Virus record (IMG/VR): IMGVR_UViG_3300037722_001734
Coordinates: 1-40,470 of that record
Reading direction: 5' to 3' (one strand)
DNA from: a virus
Taxonomy: Duplodnaviria; Caudoviricetes
DNA: 40,470 bases
A program made the position numbers and the translations under genes. The notes under the pieces are model-generated. The model searched no databases and was not told the origin of the DNA. It worked only from the letters and a program-made list of their open reading frames with translations. Positions 7,542-17,239 of the stretch are shown piece after piece (position 1 is the stretch's first letter; the number at the start of each line of letters is the position of its first letter).

Positions 7542-7847
7542 ATGCCAATCAAACCGAGAGGAACAGTCAACCGCAGCACCACACCCAAGCAGGCTTATGT
7601 CCAACTGGCGGAGCCAGAGATAGAAATCGCTGCCTGGTGTCCGGACGATGAGGCCAGGCTGCCACCGGAGCAGGTGCATTTCATACTCCATATCCCCGGC
7701 CTGGACATCCCAATTGTGACCCGCTTCAAATCCCCGGACACCCTCGGCTTCCTCATCGAGGAGCTGGCCCGCTACCGCCGCCACGTCTGGCCCGAGGCCG
7801 AGCCGCCCGACCTGTCCGGCGCGCCGGCGGACGACCTGGGTCTCTGA
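7542..7847 (+). CDS. Hypothetical protein
   Basis: GAGG RBS; ends at a terminator. Confidence 0.65.
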   Translation: MPIKPRGTVNRSTTPKQAYVQLAEPEIEIAAWCPDDEARLPPEQVHFILHIPGLDIPIVTRFKSPDTLGFLIEELARYRRHVWPEAEPPDLSGAPADDLGL

Positions 7848-7849
7848 AT

Positions 7850-7880
7850 AAAAAAGGCCCCGCCAGCCGGGGCCTTTTTT
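7850..7880. terminator. Bidirectional intrinsic terminator
   Basis: AAAAAAGGCCCCG-CCAGC-CGGGGCCTTTTTT between convergent operons. Confidence 0.9.
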
Positions 7881-7886
7881 GTTTCT

Positions 7887-8594
7887 TCAAATCTCATTTT
7901 GCGGAAAACCCGGCTCGACGGTCAGTACCATCACGTCAGGTAACTGATCGTCGTCTGGATTTAGCGCGAACGGAAATACGATTATTTGCGTATCCGACCA
8001 GCCAGCAGGCTGAACCGGATCGCCCTGGCCGGTGTAATAATCGGACTGGCCGCTCGGATTCGTGCCGACCATTAACCACAACGACACCGGTTCGTCAACC
8101 GGCGCCCGCACGCCCCAGACAAACTCGGCCAGGTCGTGGCGTTTTGATTTCTCACTATACCAGACCCTCAGTCGATCGTCCGGAATTTCCACCGCCTGAC
8201 CCAAACCCCTTTGCGCCTCAGACAAGTCAGACTCCCTGACAACCACCGACGCTGCACCAACCCCCGACAATAACGCCAGATACCCCGTCTCCTGGCGCAC
8301 AACCTTGCCCATCCGCCGCAAATCGCTCAGTTCCTCAGCCGGCAATTCAGCCACGGGAATCGACCGCGCCCTGGTCGGAGGCATCTCCTCGCCGCCGCCA
8401 CTGGCCAGTAGTGTATTGATCTGGTTCTGCCTCAGTTGGCCCTTATGCACAATCCTGGCCTGGCCCGTCGTCTGCAGATGCCCGGCCCGGACCGTTATTT
8501 GCAGTGGCCCGGTCTGCTCGATGACCAGGCTCGATTCGAGCGGCGTATCACCCGCGTAAACTTTGCCCCGGTAAACTTCTGAAATTAGAGCCAT
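7887..8594 (-). CDS. Hypothetical protein (last late gene; possible tail fibre accessory)
   Basis: Abuts the tail fibre stop codon; position only. Confidence 0.6.
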   Translation of the reverse strand: MALISEVYRGKVYAGDTPLESSLVIEQTGPLQITVRAGHLQTTGQARIVHKGQLRQNQINTLLASGGGEEMPPTRARSIPVAELPAEELSDLRRMGKVVRQETGYLALLSGVGAASVVVRESDLSEAQRGLGQAVEIPDDRLRVWYSEKSKRHDLAEFVWGVRAPVDEPVSLWLMVGTNPSGQSDYYTGQGDPVQPAGWSDTQIIVFPFALNPDDDQLPDVMVLTVEPGFPQNEI

Positions 8595-10217
8595 TTAGGA
8601 ACCTTTCGCTATCCAAGCCACAGTGTTTGCCGTAGCTGTGGAGACGGAGGTTAGAGATCGGTAGTTAAACCCTGTGGTTGATTTGTTCTCAACCCTGACG
8701 GCGAACGATATGCCATCCTGGCCTGTAGCAACTACCACTTCAGGTGTCGCCGCAAACGCCAGCGGAAATGTCACAGAGTGTACGTTCGAAAAATATGTCG
8801 CCGACGAGATGTTGCTCGTAGTGTTTGCGTGTGTCCCACTTTCCACCTTATGCCCCGCCACATTCGCCGACAGCACGTGCTCGTTGGCCGCCAAACCGTG
8901 TACACCGGCGCTCGCGTTTGTGTGGTCCCAGACGGCGCCGCTGGTGATGAGCGCCGTGTCGTCGTTGGCCGGCACGGTATCGACGTCATCCACCCTCGCG
9001 CCGGCGGCCAGCGCCAGGCCGCTGGCGTTGATATTCGCCCGTACTGCCCCCCCCGCCCAAAAATTGATTAGGTCGTCGGCGATGGATTCAATGATCGTGT
9101 CCTCATCTGCGTCGAGGAAAACGGCATTACCGGCCAGGAAGATATCGTCGGCCATAATCAGCCCGGATTGGTTGACCGTCGCTTTCAACGCCCCACCGGC
9201 TTCGATCTCTACCGAGTCGTCCGTTGCCGCCGAGATGGAAGTATCTCCATCCGCGTCGAGCACCAACGTGTTACCGTTGAGATTTACATCGGCGATATAA
9301 ATCGTCTCGCCGGTCGCCGCGTCGATATACCAGCCTAAGATCGTTCCGCCGCCCGAGTTAGTAACGCCTGCGCCGGTCACTCTGGCGCCATAAACAAACA
9401 GGGTCGCTCCGGCTGCAGCCACATCAATACCATCGTAATTGCCGCCAACAATGGTAGCAACTCCGGAACCAACTATCGAGAGACCAACGGACGCGCCTCC
9501 GCCATATGCCTCACAGTCAACCAATGTCGCTGCCCCGGCCACGACTATGCCAATAGAACCGGCATTGTCAGTCGCAGTGAATGTACACCCGTGCGCGCGC
9601 ACAAACGACGCAGCGGCGCCGTTGAATGCTACATAAGCCGCGCTGGAGTTGGTATTTGTTACGAAAATCCTCCTTAGCACGTTGACGGCTGAGCTGGCGT
9701 TGGACAGAGTCGCCGGCGCGTTCGATGTCCAGTTACTGACGTCTTGCCCCGATCCCAGCACGTTGACGCCGCTCGACAACGTCTCACCGTCGCATACAAA
9801 CGTACCCTCCCCCGATTTTATGAGGGATCCGCTGCTCGCCGCGGCGATGGCCGCCGCCACGGTGTCGTACTTGGCGTCGGAAATAGTGAGTTTGCCGGCT
9901 TTGGGCCAGGCCCCGCCAAACGATTTAATCGCCCCAGCGCCGCCCTGGCCCAATACCGTAAACAGCCGGTAGCTGGCGAAATAGAGCACATCGACGAAAT
10001 CACCGGCCTGGATGTCCGGGAACTGCCCCCGCCAGCGGCAGCGCTGGTTGTTGTGCCGGCCCACCCGGGCCTCGATCCAGCCGTTGTTGGCCGCATACTC
10101 GTCCTTGTCGGCCACGCTCAACACCTCGCAGCCGGCGATCAGCTCGGACGGCGCGAACATGCTGTGCAGGTCGGCCGCCAGGGCCCGGATCATGTCCATC
10201 GTTTCGGGCGATAGCAT
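8595..10217 (-). CDS. Tail fibre / receptor-binding protein
   Basis: YDTVAAAIAAA..GEGTF start of a beta-helix, Gly/Ala/Thr-rich, two LDADxDT..DD...GG repeats, C-terminal VTFPLAFAATPEVV domain. Confidence 0.75.
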   Translation of the reverse strand: MLSPETMDMIRALAADLHSMFAPSELIAGCEVLSVADKDEYAANNGWIEARVGRHNNQRCRWRGQFPDIQAGDFVDVLYFASYRLFTVLGQGGAGAIKSFGGAWPKAGKLTISDAKYDTVAAAIAAASSGSLIKSGEGTFVCDGETLSSGVNVLGSGQDVSNWTSNAPATLSNASSAVNVLRRIFVTNTNSSAAYVAFNGAAASFVRAHGCTFTATDNAGSIGIVVAGAATLVDCEAYGGGASVGLSIVGSGVATIVGGNYDGIDVAAAGATLFVYGARVTGAGVTNSGGGTILGWYIDAATGETIYIADVNLNGNTLVLDADGDTSISAATDDSVEIEAGGALKATVNQSGLIMADDIFLAGNAVFLDADEDTIIESIADDLINFWAGGAVRANINASGLALAAGARVDDVDTVPANDDTALITSGAVWDHTNASAGVHGLAANEHVLSANVAGHKVESGTHANTTSNISSATYFSNVHSVTFPLAFAATPEVVVATGQDGISFAVRVENKSTTGFNYRSLTSVSTATANTVAWIAKGS

Positions 10218-11260
10218 CAGTTCTCTGCCTCCAGGGTCAGCGTCGTCCGGGCCGTAAAATTGGCCAGGACCTCGACCAGGATTTTATGTACCCAAAACGT
10301 TTTCGCAGACCAGGCCACTCCATCCGCCGCGCTGGCGTAGGTGATCGCCACCCGGTCCAGCAGGTCCAGCATCAGGCCCAGGCCGCCCCGGACCCGGGCC
10401 ACCACGGTCACGTCCCGGTTTTCGAAGCGGAACATGCGCTGCGCGACCGCCGCCATATTGCTGTTGTCTGTGGCCAGGTACCCGGACCGGTTGACGATCG
10501 GCCCCGGCAGCGGGTTGGTCGGGTAGGCCGCTGTAATCTGCTCGCCGGCCGGCGTCTGGCCATTGAGTCGCACCTGGCCCACCTGCTCGGTGTTTCTGTC
10601 CGTGACCTGGAGCGGCTCCAGCAGCAGCGAGCTGGTCAGGGTCAGGGTCGGCGTGGGCAGCGTGCCGAACATCGGGTGCGGGATCGCGTTGAGGGTGTTC
10701 GTTTTGTCGAAATAGAGATAATAAAAATCAATGTTGGCGATCTCCTGGAGCCGGCTCCAGATGTTTCCCTCTTTAACCTCATACGAATCGACCTGGCTGC
10801 TGTTACTGAAGTCGATATTGGTGCTGATGATCCCCTCCGGCCAGATCGATCTAACAAAGTTGCAGTGCCCCAACTCCCCGGCCTGGCCCACGATATGGCT
10901 GATGATGCCGGCGTAGGTCATATCGGTAATCTGGTGCTGGTTGGCGGGTGATGGGGCGTCTTTAAAGAAAATGCCCTGCACCCGCGCGTCCGGGTCCTTC
11001 ATAAATTCCTGGGCCGTAAAGGCCCGGAACGGGGCAATCGACGTCTGCAGCGTCTTGGTCCACGGCTCCGGGACCAGGTGGCCTATGAATGCCGGGCGCG
11101 GCAGCGCCTCCCAGCCCCCGCCGGCGTACAGGTCGAACCACGAATCAATGGCCTGGTGGCGGCTGATCCGGTCCGCGTCGCCGATGATCGAGCCGCTGGC
11201 CGACCAGCCCCCGCTCACGTCGGCCTCGATCCGGGCCAGGACATCGATATCGCTACTCAC
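10217..11260 (-). CDS. Minor tail (hub/Tal-like) protein
   Basis: Position; IWSRLQEIA..FYYLYFD.....L hub-like motif, LDLLDRV. Confidence 0.6.
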   Translation of the reverse strand: MSSDIDVLARIEADVSGGWSASGSIIGDADRISRHQAIDSWFDLYAGGGWEALPRPAFIGHLVPEPWTKTLQTSIAPFRAFTAQEFMKDPDARVQGIFFKDAPSPANQHQITDMTYAGIISHIVGQAGELGHCNFVRSIWPEGIISTNIDFSNSSQVDSYEVKEGNIWSRLQEIANIDFYYLYFDKTNTLNAIPHPMFGTLPTPTLTLTSSLLLEPLQVTDRNTEQVGQVRLNGQTPAGEQITAAYPTNPLPGPIVNRSGYLATDNSNMAAVAQRMFRFENRDVTVVARVRGGLGLMLDLLDRVAITYASAADGVAWSAKTFWVHKILVEVLANFTARTTLTLEAEN

Positions 11261-12881
11261 GGCTCACCTCGATGGCGTTGATCGTGTCCAGCGCCGCGTC
11301 ACTGACGTCATAGGTCGACAGGCCGAGATTATGGCTAAAATAGATCGTATCGGCCGCGATCGCCGCCAGCAATACATGGCCGCTATCGAGCGGATGCCTG
11401 TCCGCCGCGCGGACAGTCGCCGGCGCATCGGCGATCTTGCTCCAGGCGATGGTCGGCTCGGTCGAGCGGTAGATATCGTCATCGCTGAACACCGCCACCA
11501 GGTCGTCCGGCCGCAGCGGATCAGGCAGCAGCGCCACCGCTACCTTGGTCGAGACCCAGCCGCCATCGCCCACGTCGCCCCAGCCGTTCAGGTCGTTCAG
11601 GTCGTTCAACTGGACCTGGATGTCGCTCCCGTCCCGGCCGTACAAATATACTAGTTTGTCGGTCCCGGGTCGCACCCGGGGCCACAGCCCGTAATCGCGC
11701 CCGTCGATCTCGGCAAACGTGACCGCGCCGAAGTCCCACTCGCGCACAAAGACCCCGTTTTGGTAAGCATACGCCCGCAGCGTGCCATCTGCGAGCGCGG
11801 TCAAGTACAGGTACTGGCCGTCGCTGTCCAGCCCGATCAGCCGCACCTCGGCTTCGTCCGTGTAGCCGGCAAAGGCGTTAGCTGTGTAAATTGCGGCCTC
11901 GCCTGGAGTGGGGCTTTCGCACAGGGCGTACAGCGCCCCGCCCAGGCGGAAAAAGGCGAGAATGGTATCACTACCGGTGGCGCCATCGGTGGCGAAGGTC
12001 AGCCCGATCGGGTCCCAGGTATAGGCCTGGTTGTCGGTCCGGTCGCAGGCCATGACAACCTCGGCTGCACCGTTTGATAACGTCGAAATCAGAGTGCGCA
12101 GCACGCCCGACACATCGGACGAGATGCCGGCGCTGTCGAATGTCTCTCCAAAATCCAGAGAGTAGACGATCCGGTGCGGAGCGCTGGTAAACCAAAACGA
12201 TAGGCCGGCCGCCGCCGCGTTAAAAACGTGGATCGCGGAGTGGAAGGCGTCGGGGTTCACCTGCTCCCAGTTGCCCGCTCCATCGTTAATGCAGACTCGA
12301 TTGACCTGCGTGGCCGTGTTGGTTAGTACATATGTCCGAGGAGACCCGCCATGTGATAGACCGTACACAATGCCGAGATAGGCATACGTTACACTACCCT
12401 CAACTGTCTCGATGGTCCAAATCAACCCATCCTCAGATGAGGCAATGCGCCGATCACCGGTTGTAACAAATCCGGCCACAGTAACACGGTCGGCGTCGGC
12501 GTCCAAAAATTGCATATTTGCAGTCAGCGAGGAAAACACCCCCGCCGTCCCGCCCTCATCGATAACCCATACGTCGGTCCAGGTCGTCCCGCCATCCCAT
12601 CGCGAAACCTTACCCTCTTCGCTGGCGTTGTAAATATACACAACGTACAAATTGCCATCGAACCAACAAATGTCGAGTATCTGCTCGTCGACGCCGGTGA
12701 ATGTCGTGCCCGAGATGTCGGTCAGGGTACCATTGGCGGCCCAGCTCCAGATATGCTGTCCCGTCGAATCAAAGAAAAACACCAGGTCGGCGTCATCATT
12801 GACGGCAGTAAACCCGCTGGCGCCCAGGGCCAGCGACCCGCCCAGGGCGGGCGTATCGGCGAGCGTCCAATCTCTGGCCAT
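11253..12881 (-). CDS. Beta-propeller virion protein (BNR/Asp-box-like repeats)
   Basis: SEDGLIW, SLDFGETF, SHNLGLS, WDGGTTW. Confidence 0.6.
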   Translation of the reverse strand: MARDWTLADTPALGGSLALGASGFTAVNDDADLVFFFDSTGQHIWSWAANGTLTDISGTTFTGVDEQILDICWFDGNLYVVYIYNASEEGKVSRWDGGTTWTDVWVIDEGGTAGVFSSLTANMQFLDADADRVTVAGFVTTGDRRIASSEDGLIWTIETVEGSVTYAYLGIVYGLSHGGSPRTYVLTNTATQVNRVCINDGAGNWEQVNPDAFHSAIHVFNAAAAGLSFWFTSAPHRIVYSLDFGETFDSAGISSDVSGVLRTLISTLSNGAAEVVMACDRTDNQAYTWDPIGLTFATDGATGSDTILAFFRLGGALYALCESPTPGEAAIYTANAFAGYTDEAEVRLIGLDSDGQYLYLTALADGTLRAYAYQNGVFVREWDFGAVTFAEIDGRDYGLWPRVRPGTDKLVYLYGRDGSDIQVQLNDLNDLNGWGDVGDGGWVSTKVAVALLPDPLRPDDLVAVFSDDDIYRSTEPTIAWSKIADAPATVRAADRHPLDSGHVLLAAIAADTIYFSHNLGLSTYDVSDAALDTINAIEVSRE

Positions 12882-13738
12882 CAGACGTCGCTCCAGGTTA
12901 CCGGCGCGTCCGTGTCGGTCCGCACCCCGGCCGTCTCCGGCGCTACGAACAGCCAGCTGCGCTCCTCACTGCTGCCGTTCAGCCAATTGGCGATGGCCCA
13001 CAGGCCCGCGCCCTGGAAATGCAACCTGACGAACGCCAGGTCGCCGACCGCCGGCGCCGGCGTATCGGACCAGTTGTTGCTGACCGCGTCCGGGTCCTTC
13101 TGGACCCAATTCCCCCCGCCGTCGTTTGAGACGTAGAGTCCGCCATCGGTCGCGATCCAGATCGTTTTCCGGGCGTGGGCCAGGTGCTGCGTAGCCGGGT
13201 CGATTTTGATATCATTGACCGCCAGGGCATCGCCGCTCAGCCCGGTGTTTTTGGCGGTCCAGTTCTGGCCGCCGTCGTCGGTAAAATAGACCCCGGTCGA
13301 GGTGGCGATGAAATACGCCCCGCCCGGATCCAGGACCACCATTGCGACCCTGGCCACCGCCGATTTTTTTCCGGTGCCATCGGTCACCACCAGCGTAACC
13401 TCGTAGACCCCCGGATCGGCCCAACTGACCGTGCCGCTCGCTGAACTGCTCGATGACGGCGTACCCGACTCAAACGTCCAGGCGTAGCCGGTCACCGACC
13501 CGTCCGCGTCGTATGAGTTGGACCCGTCGAATGACACGTTGTCACCCGGAAACACCGGGTTGGGCGTCGCCTCCAAAACCGCCACCGGCTCTTTGCCATC
13601 CGATATCCCCAGCTCATTGGGGTCCGTGCAGCAAAAAAAGCGCGGCGTAAACTTCTGCCGCAGCCTGGCCCGAAATCGCCAGGCCGTGGCGCCGGATAGT
13701 TTTTCGATGAGGTCATCGCCTAATGGCAGAGTTGGCAT
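12881..13738 (-). CDS. PKD-domain + BNR repeat tail protein
   Basis: VSFDGSNSYDADGSVTGYAWTF..G.Y.VTLVVTD (PKD); TDDGGQNW and SNDGGGNW Asp-boxes. Confidence 0.8.
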   Translation of the reverse strand: MPTLPLGDDLIEKLSGATAWRFRARLRQKFTPRFFCCTDPNELGISDGKEPVAVLEATPNPVFPGDNVSFDGSNSYDADGSVTGYAWTFESGTPSSSSSASGTVSWADPGVYEVTLVVTDGTGKKSAVARVAMVVLDPGGAYFIATSTGVYFTDDGGQNWTAKNTGLSGDALAVNDIKIDPATQHLAHARKTIWIATDGGLYVSNDGGGNWVQKDPDAVSNNWSDTPAPAVGDLAFVRLHFQGAGLWAIANWLNGSSEERSWLFVAPETAGVRTDTDAPVTWSDV

Positions 13739-13751
13739 CGAGTCACCAGTT

Positions 13752-14096
13752 CTAGGGCACGGCCACCAGAATCCGCATAGTGACCCCGGTCACGGTTTGG
13801 TCGACAGGCATCCGGTACCGGCTGATTTTTCCACTGGCCACGTAGTCGCTGTAGATCACGTCCGCGCCGGTGGGCAAATCGCCCGGCGCATAGGTCTGCA
13901 GGCTAGCCAGGATCTGGTTCTCGAACTGCCGCCAGTTGAACACCTGGCCGGCCAGCACCGGCGCCTCGATCACGAACGCCTTTAATGCGCCGACGGCGTC
14001 GGTGCCGTCGAGCACCTGGTCGATGACAGTGTCCTCCCAGATATCCTGGGCCGGCTGCGGCTGCAGTTCCGTTCCGTTGATTTTGATTGTGGCCAT
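13752..14096 (-). CDS. Putative distal tail protein
   Basis: Immediately after the tape measure gene; starts IKINGTEL.PQP. Confidence 0.55.
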   Translation of the reverse strand: MATIKINGTELQPQPAQDIWEDTVIDQVLDGTDAVGALKAFVIEAPVLAGQVFNWRQFENQILASLQTYAPGDLPTGADVIYSDYVASGKISRYRMPVDQTVTGVTMRILVAVP

Positions 14097-14121
14097 CAGG
14101 TTTCCATCAGGTCTGATAAAA

Positions 14122-16518
14122 TCAGGGTTGATAATTCCTCAACTGCTCGCGCAGCAGACCGACAGTCAACCGCAACGCCTCGTCGACCGGGTTGCCGCCG
14201 GCGCTGGTCGCGCTGACGCTGCCGACGTTGACGTTGGTTACCCGGTCACCCCCACTCGTCACGCCCACGGTCGAGGGCAGGCTCGGCAGATCCGCCTCGA
14301 ACTTGCTGGCGAAATCGGGCAGCTGCTCCAGGGCAGCGGTAATGCCCCGGATGCCCGTCTCCAGCGGCGTCGGCGAGCCGGGCGTCAACCAGTCCGGCAG
14401 CGCCATGTCGGCCAGGGCCGACGCCAGGTCGCCCAACCGGTCGATCCAGGTCTGGGTACTGTCGCCCAGCCCGACGATAGCCCGCTTCAGCTCCTGTAAT
14501 TCGTCCAGGGCATTGCTGGCGTTTTCCAGCATAAAACCCATCACCTGGTTGAGCTTGATCCATGGATCAAGCAGCGCCCCCACGACCGCCTTGAACGCCT
14601 CGGCCGTGATGCTAAAATCGCTCGCCTCGGTGTCGATACCCCCAAATAACTCGATAGTTTTTGCCGCGACCGTGTTGATCTTACCCAGGTTTTCCCCGAC
14701 CAGGCCAAACGCCTCGCCCAGATGCTCGGCCACCTCGGGCATAGCCAGGTCGAGGAACTTCTGAAACGCCGGCAGGCCCTCCTCGAACGCGCTGACGATT
14801 TCCGGCATTTTTTCGTTGGCTATATCCAGTAGACTTTCGCCGGCCGGCAGCAGGGTCAGCAGAATGTTGCGCCACAAGCCCTGGAAGTTACTGAAGGCGT
14901 CATTTGACACGGCCTCGCCGGCCGCGTCGGTCGCCCCCTCGAAATCGGCCAGGGCGTTGGTGGCCGGGTCCAGGGCCAGCATCACCTGCGGTCCCAGGTC
15001 CTCCCATTTCGTCCCGAACAGAGCGACCCCGATCTGGTTCTGCATGATCTTGTCATCGACCTGGCCCAGCAGCCCCAGGACCTGGCTCATGGCGTCCCGG
15101 CTGGAGATCGTGCCATCGGCCAGGCCGTTCAAAAGTTCCTGGGCCGGCGCGCCCAGTTCGCCGAGCTCCTCCTGGAGCTGCCCGATGACCTCGTTTAAGC
15201 GCTCGTTGTCGCCGATCAGGGCCTGGACCGGCTCGTCCAGTTCGGCGAAGGCGATCTTGGCCTGGCCCAGGCTCTGGTCCAGGTCCAGGGTCTTGTCGAC
15301 CTGCCGGTTGACCGCGGCCAGGGCCGCCTCGAAACTCCAGACCTCCTCCTGGGCCGGCCGGGCCGCCACCCCTAGGTCGTGGAACTGCTGGTCGAATTTC
15401 AGGTCGCGCTGCAGCTCCAGCTCTTTTATCGCCTTATTCAGCTCGCCCACCTGCTCGGCGGCCTGGTCGGCCTGCACCTCGTTGATGGCCTGGAGTTTGT
15501 CTAGCTCCGCTTTCTTGAGCTGCTGCTCCAGCTCGAAAATAGCGTCGTTGAACTCGTTCATGCCCGCCAGGGGGGGGTTGGTCAGTCTGTCGAGCTCTCG
15601 CCGGGCGTCGCTATAGGCGCCCTCCAGATCCTCGACGGCGCTTTTCTGTGCCTGCCAGGCCCCCTCCAGGCTGCCCAGCCGGGCCTCGTTTTCGTCCAGG
15701 ATGCCGTTGAGTTCCGCAATGTTGCCCGCGACGTTGCGAAACTGGAGCGAGCCATCGCCCACGGTGGCGAACAGCGCGCCCAGGGCGGCCTCGGTCGTGT
15801 CCGAGCCATCGATGATGCGGATCGTGAACTCCTTCACCGCATCCGCAATCACGTCGAAATTGCGGGCCCCCTCGCCCACCCCGGCCGCCAGGATGCCGAA
15901 CATTTCCTCGGCGCTGAAGCCGGCCTGGGCAAAGATACCCGCATACTCGTTGACCGTATCGGCCAGGTCCTGGGCCGGGTCCCCCACCTCCTGGATCGTT
16001 TTGGTCATCTGGTCGAAGACAGTCTCGCTGCTGACACCAAACGATTCGACCCCGGACCGGACTGCCCGCAGCGACTCGTTGATCTCGACCTCGAACACGT
16101 CCCGGAAGATCAGGGCTCGCCGGGCGCTGCCCTCCATCTGCTCGCCGGTCTCGCCCAACACCTGGTTGACCTGGATGATCGCATCGGCCGCATCGCCCAT
16201 GCTCTCGCCCCAGTTGTCGCCAAAAACGTTTTTGACCGACTGGCCCAGCGCCTCCAGCTCGGCCCCGGTCGCCCCGGTGCGCGCCTCGATCTGCTGCGTG
16301 GCTTGCTGATAATCCCGGGCCACGTCGAACACGGCCGCGCCCAGGGCCAGGATGGCGGCAGCGGCGATAGCCAGACCCCCGGCCACGGCCGCGCCCAGTT
16401 TGCCGCCAAACTTGCCCAGGACCCCCTCCAGTTTGCCGCGTGAACCCTCCAGGTCCTTATCGAATTGATCGAACGTGGCCCTGATCGGGACAAACGCCTC
16501 GCCCAGTTGGCTGCTCAT
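14122..16518 (-). CDS. Tail tape measure protein
   Basis: PhageMin_Tail-like motifs DLADTVNEYA, DAVKEF.IR..DGS and GVALFGTKWEDLG; Ala/Leu/Gly-rich helical; position. Confidence 0.92.
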   Translation of the reverse strand: MSSQLGEAFVPIRATFDQFDKDLEGSRGKLEGVLGKFGGKLGAAVAGGLAIAAAAILALGAAVFDVARDYQQATQQIEARTGATGAELEALGQSVKNVFGDNWGESMGDAADAIIQVNQVLGETGEQMEGSARRALIFRDVFEVEINESLRAVRSGVESFGVSSETVFDQMTKTIQEVGDPAQDLADTVNEYAGIFAQAGFSAEEMFGILAAGVGEGARNFDVIADAVKEFTIRIIDGSDTTEAALGALFATVGDGSLQFRNVAGNIAELNGILDENEARLGSLEGAWQAQKSAVEDLEGAYSDARRELDRLTNPPLAGMNEFNDAIFELEQQLKKAELDKLQAINEVQADQAAEQVGELNKAIKELELQRDLKFDQQFHDLGVAARPAQEEVWSFEAALAAVNRQVDKTLDLDQSLGQAKIAFAELDEPVQALIGDNERLNEVIGQLQEELGELGAPAQELLNGLADGTISSRDAMSQVLGLLGQVDDKIMQNQIGVALFGTKWEDLGPQVMLALDPATNALADFEGATDAAGEAVSNDAFSNFQGLWRNILLTLLPAGESLLDIANEKMPEIVSAFEEGLPAFQKFLDLAMPEVAEHLGEAFGLVGENLGKINTVAAKTIELFGGIDTEASDFSITAEAFKAVVGALLDPWIKLNQVMGFMLENASNALDELQELKRAIVGLGDSTQTWIDRLGDLASALADMALPDWLTPGSPTPLETGIRGITAALEQLPDFASKFEADLPSLPSTVGVTSGGDRVTNVNVGSVSATSAGGNPVDEALRLTVGLLREQLRNYQP

Positions 16519-16868
16519 TGGTCTCCCCTAGCCTTCGTTATGGCCTCGATATCGATATGTTTGGTCATGTTCTCGAACTCTTGCCGGCGCTTGACCAGCG
16601 CTGCGCCGCTCAGCCGTTTGGCCGGTTTCTGGTTTAGTAGTTGCCCCAGGGTCGGTATCCGCTTGGCCCGGGTCAGCCGGGCCGTTAACCAGGCCCGGAT
16701 GACGCCCTGCCGCCGCTGCTGCTGCTCGCGCCAGACCATGGCGTCGATGACGGCAAACGTTTCCCGGGGCGTCATCTCCCAGAACTCGGCCATCGACACT
16801 CCGCAGCGCAGCGCGTCACGCCTGAGCGTCTCGAAGTAGGTTTCGAGCCGCTCGGGGTCTAGTTTGGG
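16515..16868 (-). CDS. Tail assembly chaperone, frameshifted extension (gpGT-like T frame)
   Basis: The -1 frame is open from the CCCAAAC slip site through ALRCGVSMAEFWEMTPRE, a typical FW.MTP.E motif. Confidence 0.75.
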   Translation of the reverse strand, partial: PKLDPERLETYFETLRRDALRCGVSMAEFWEMTPRETFAVIDAMVWREQQQRRQGVIRAWLTARLTRAKRIPTLGQLLNQKPAKRLSGAALVKRRQEFENMTKHIDIEAITKARGDQ

Positions 16869-17239
16869 TCCGTTTCGTCGTCCGGCCCGCTTGGTTCACC
16901 GGCGGCCCGCTCGCCGTCGTAGGCGATGACCGTGGTTACCGCCTCGGCCAGGGCCACCATCACGTTTTTGACGCCCGCCGCGTCCAGAATCGCAAACGCG
17001 GTGTCGACTGACACGGCAAACGGCCGTTCCCTGGCGTCGCGCCGGGCCGACTGCATGCCGGCTCGCAGCAGCTGGGCCACCTCGGTCACCCCGCTCTGCC
17101 CGTCGACCAGGCCCCGGGCCAGGCTAAAAATCGAGCGGCCGGTAAAACTCTCAGCATCGCTGAGCGCCCGGTTGGTGAACAGCACCGTAATTTCACCGCG
17201 CTCGCCCGCTTGAATTACGGCTTCACCTCGCGCCCCCAT
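16859..17239 (-). CDS. Tail assembly chaperone (gpG-like)
   Basis: Between the major tail and tape measure genes; FTNRAL..AE motif; ends ...DPN* at a slippery site. Confidence 0.8.
   Translation of the reverse strand: MGARGEAVIQAGERGEITVLFTNRALSDAESFTGRSIFSLARGLVDGQSGVTEVAQLLRAGMQSARRDARERPFAVSVDTAFAILDAAGVKNVMVALAEAVTTVIAYDGERAAGEPSGPDDETDPN

Noticed and set aside
8595-10217. Diversity-generating retroelement targeting the tail fibre
   Set aside because: No reverse transcriptase ORF and no TR/VR pair differing at adenines was seen. The internal repeats are diverged at the protein level.
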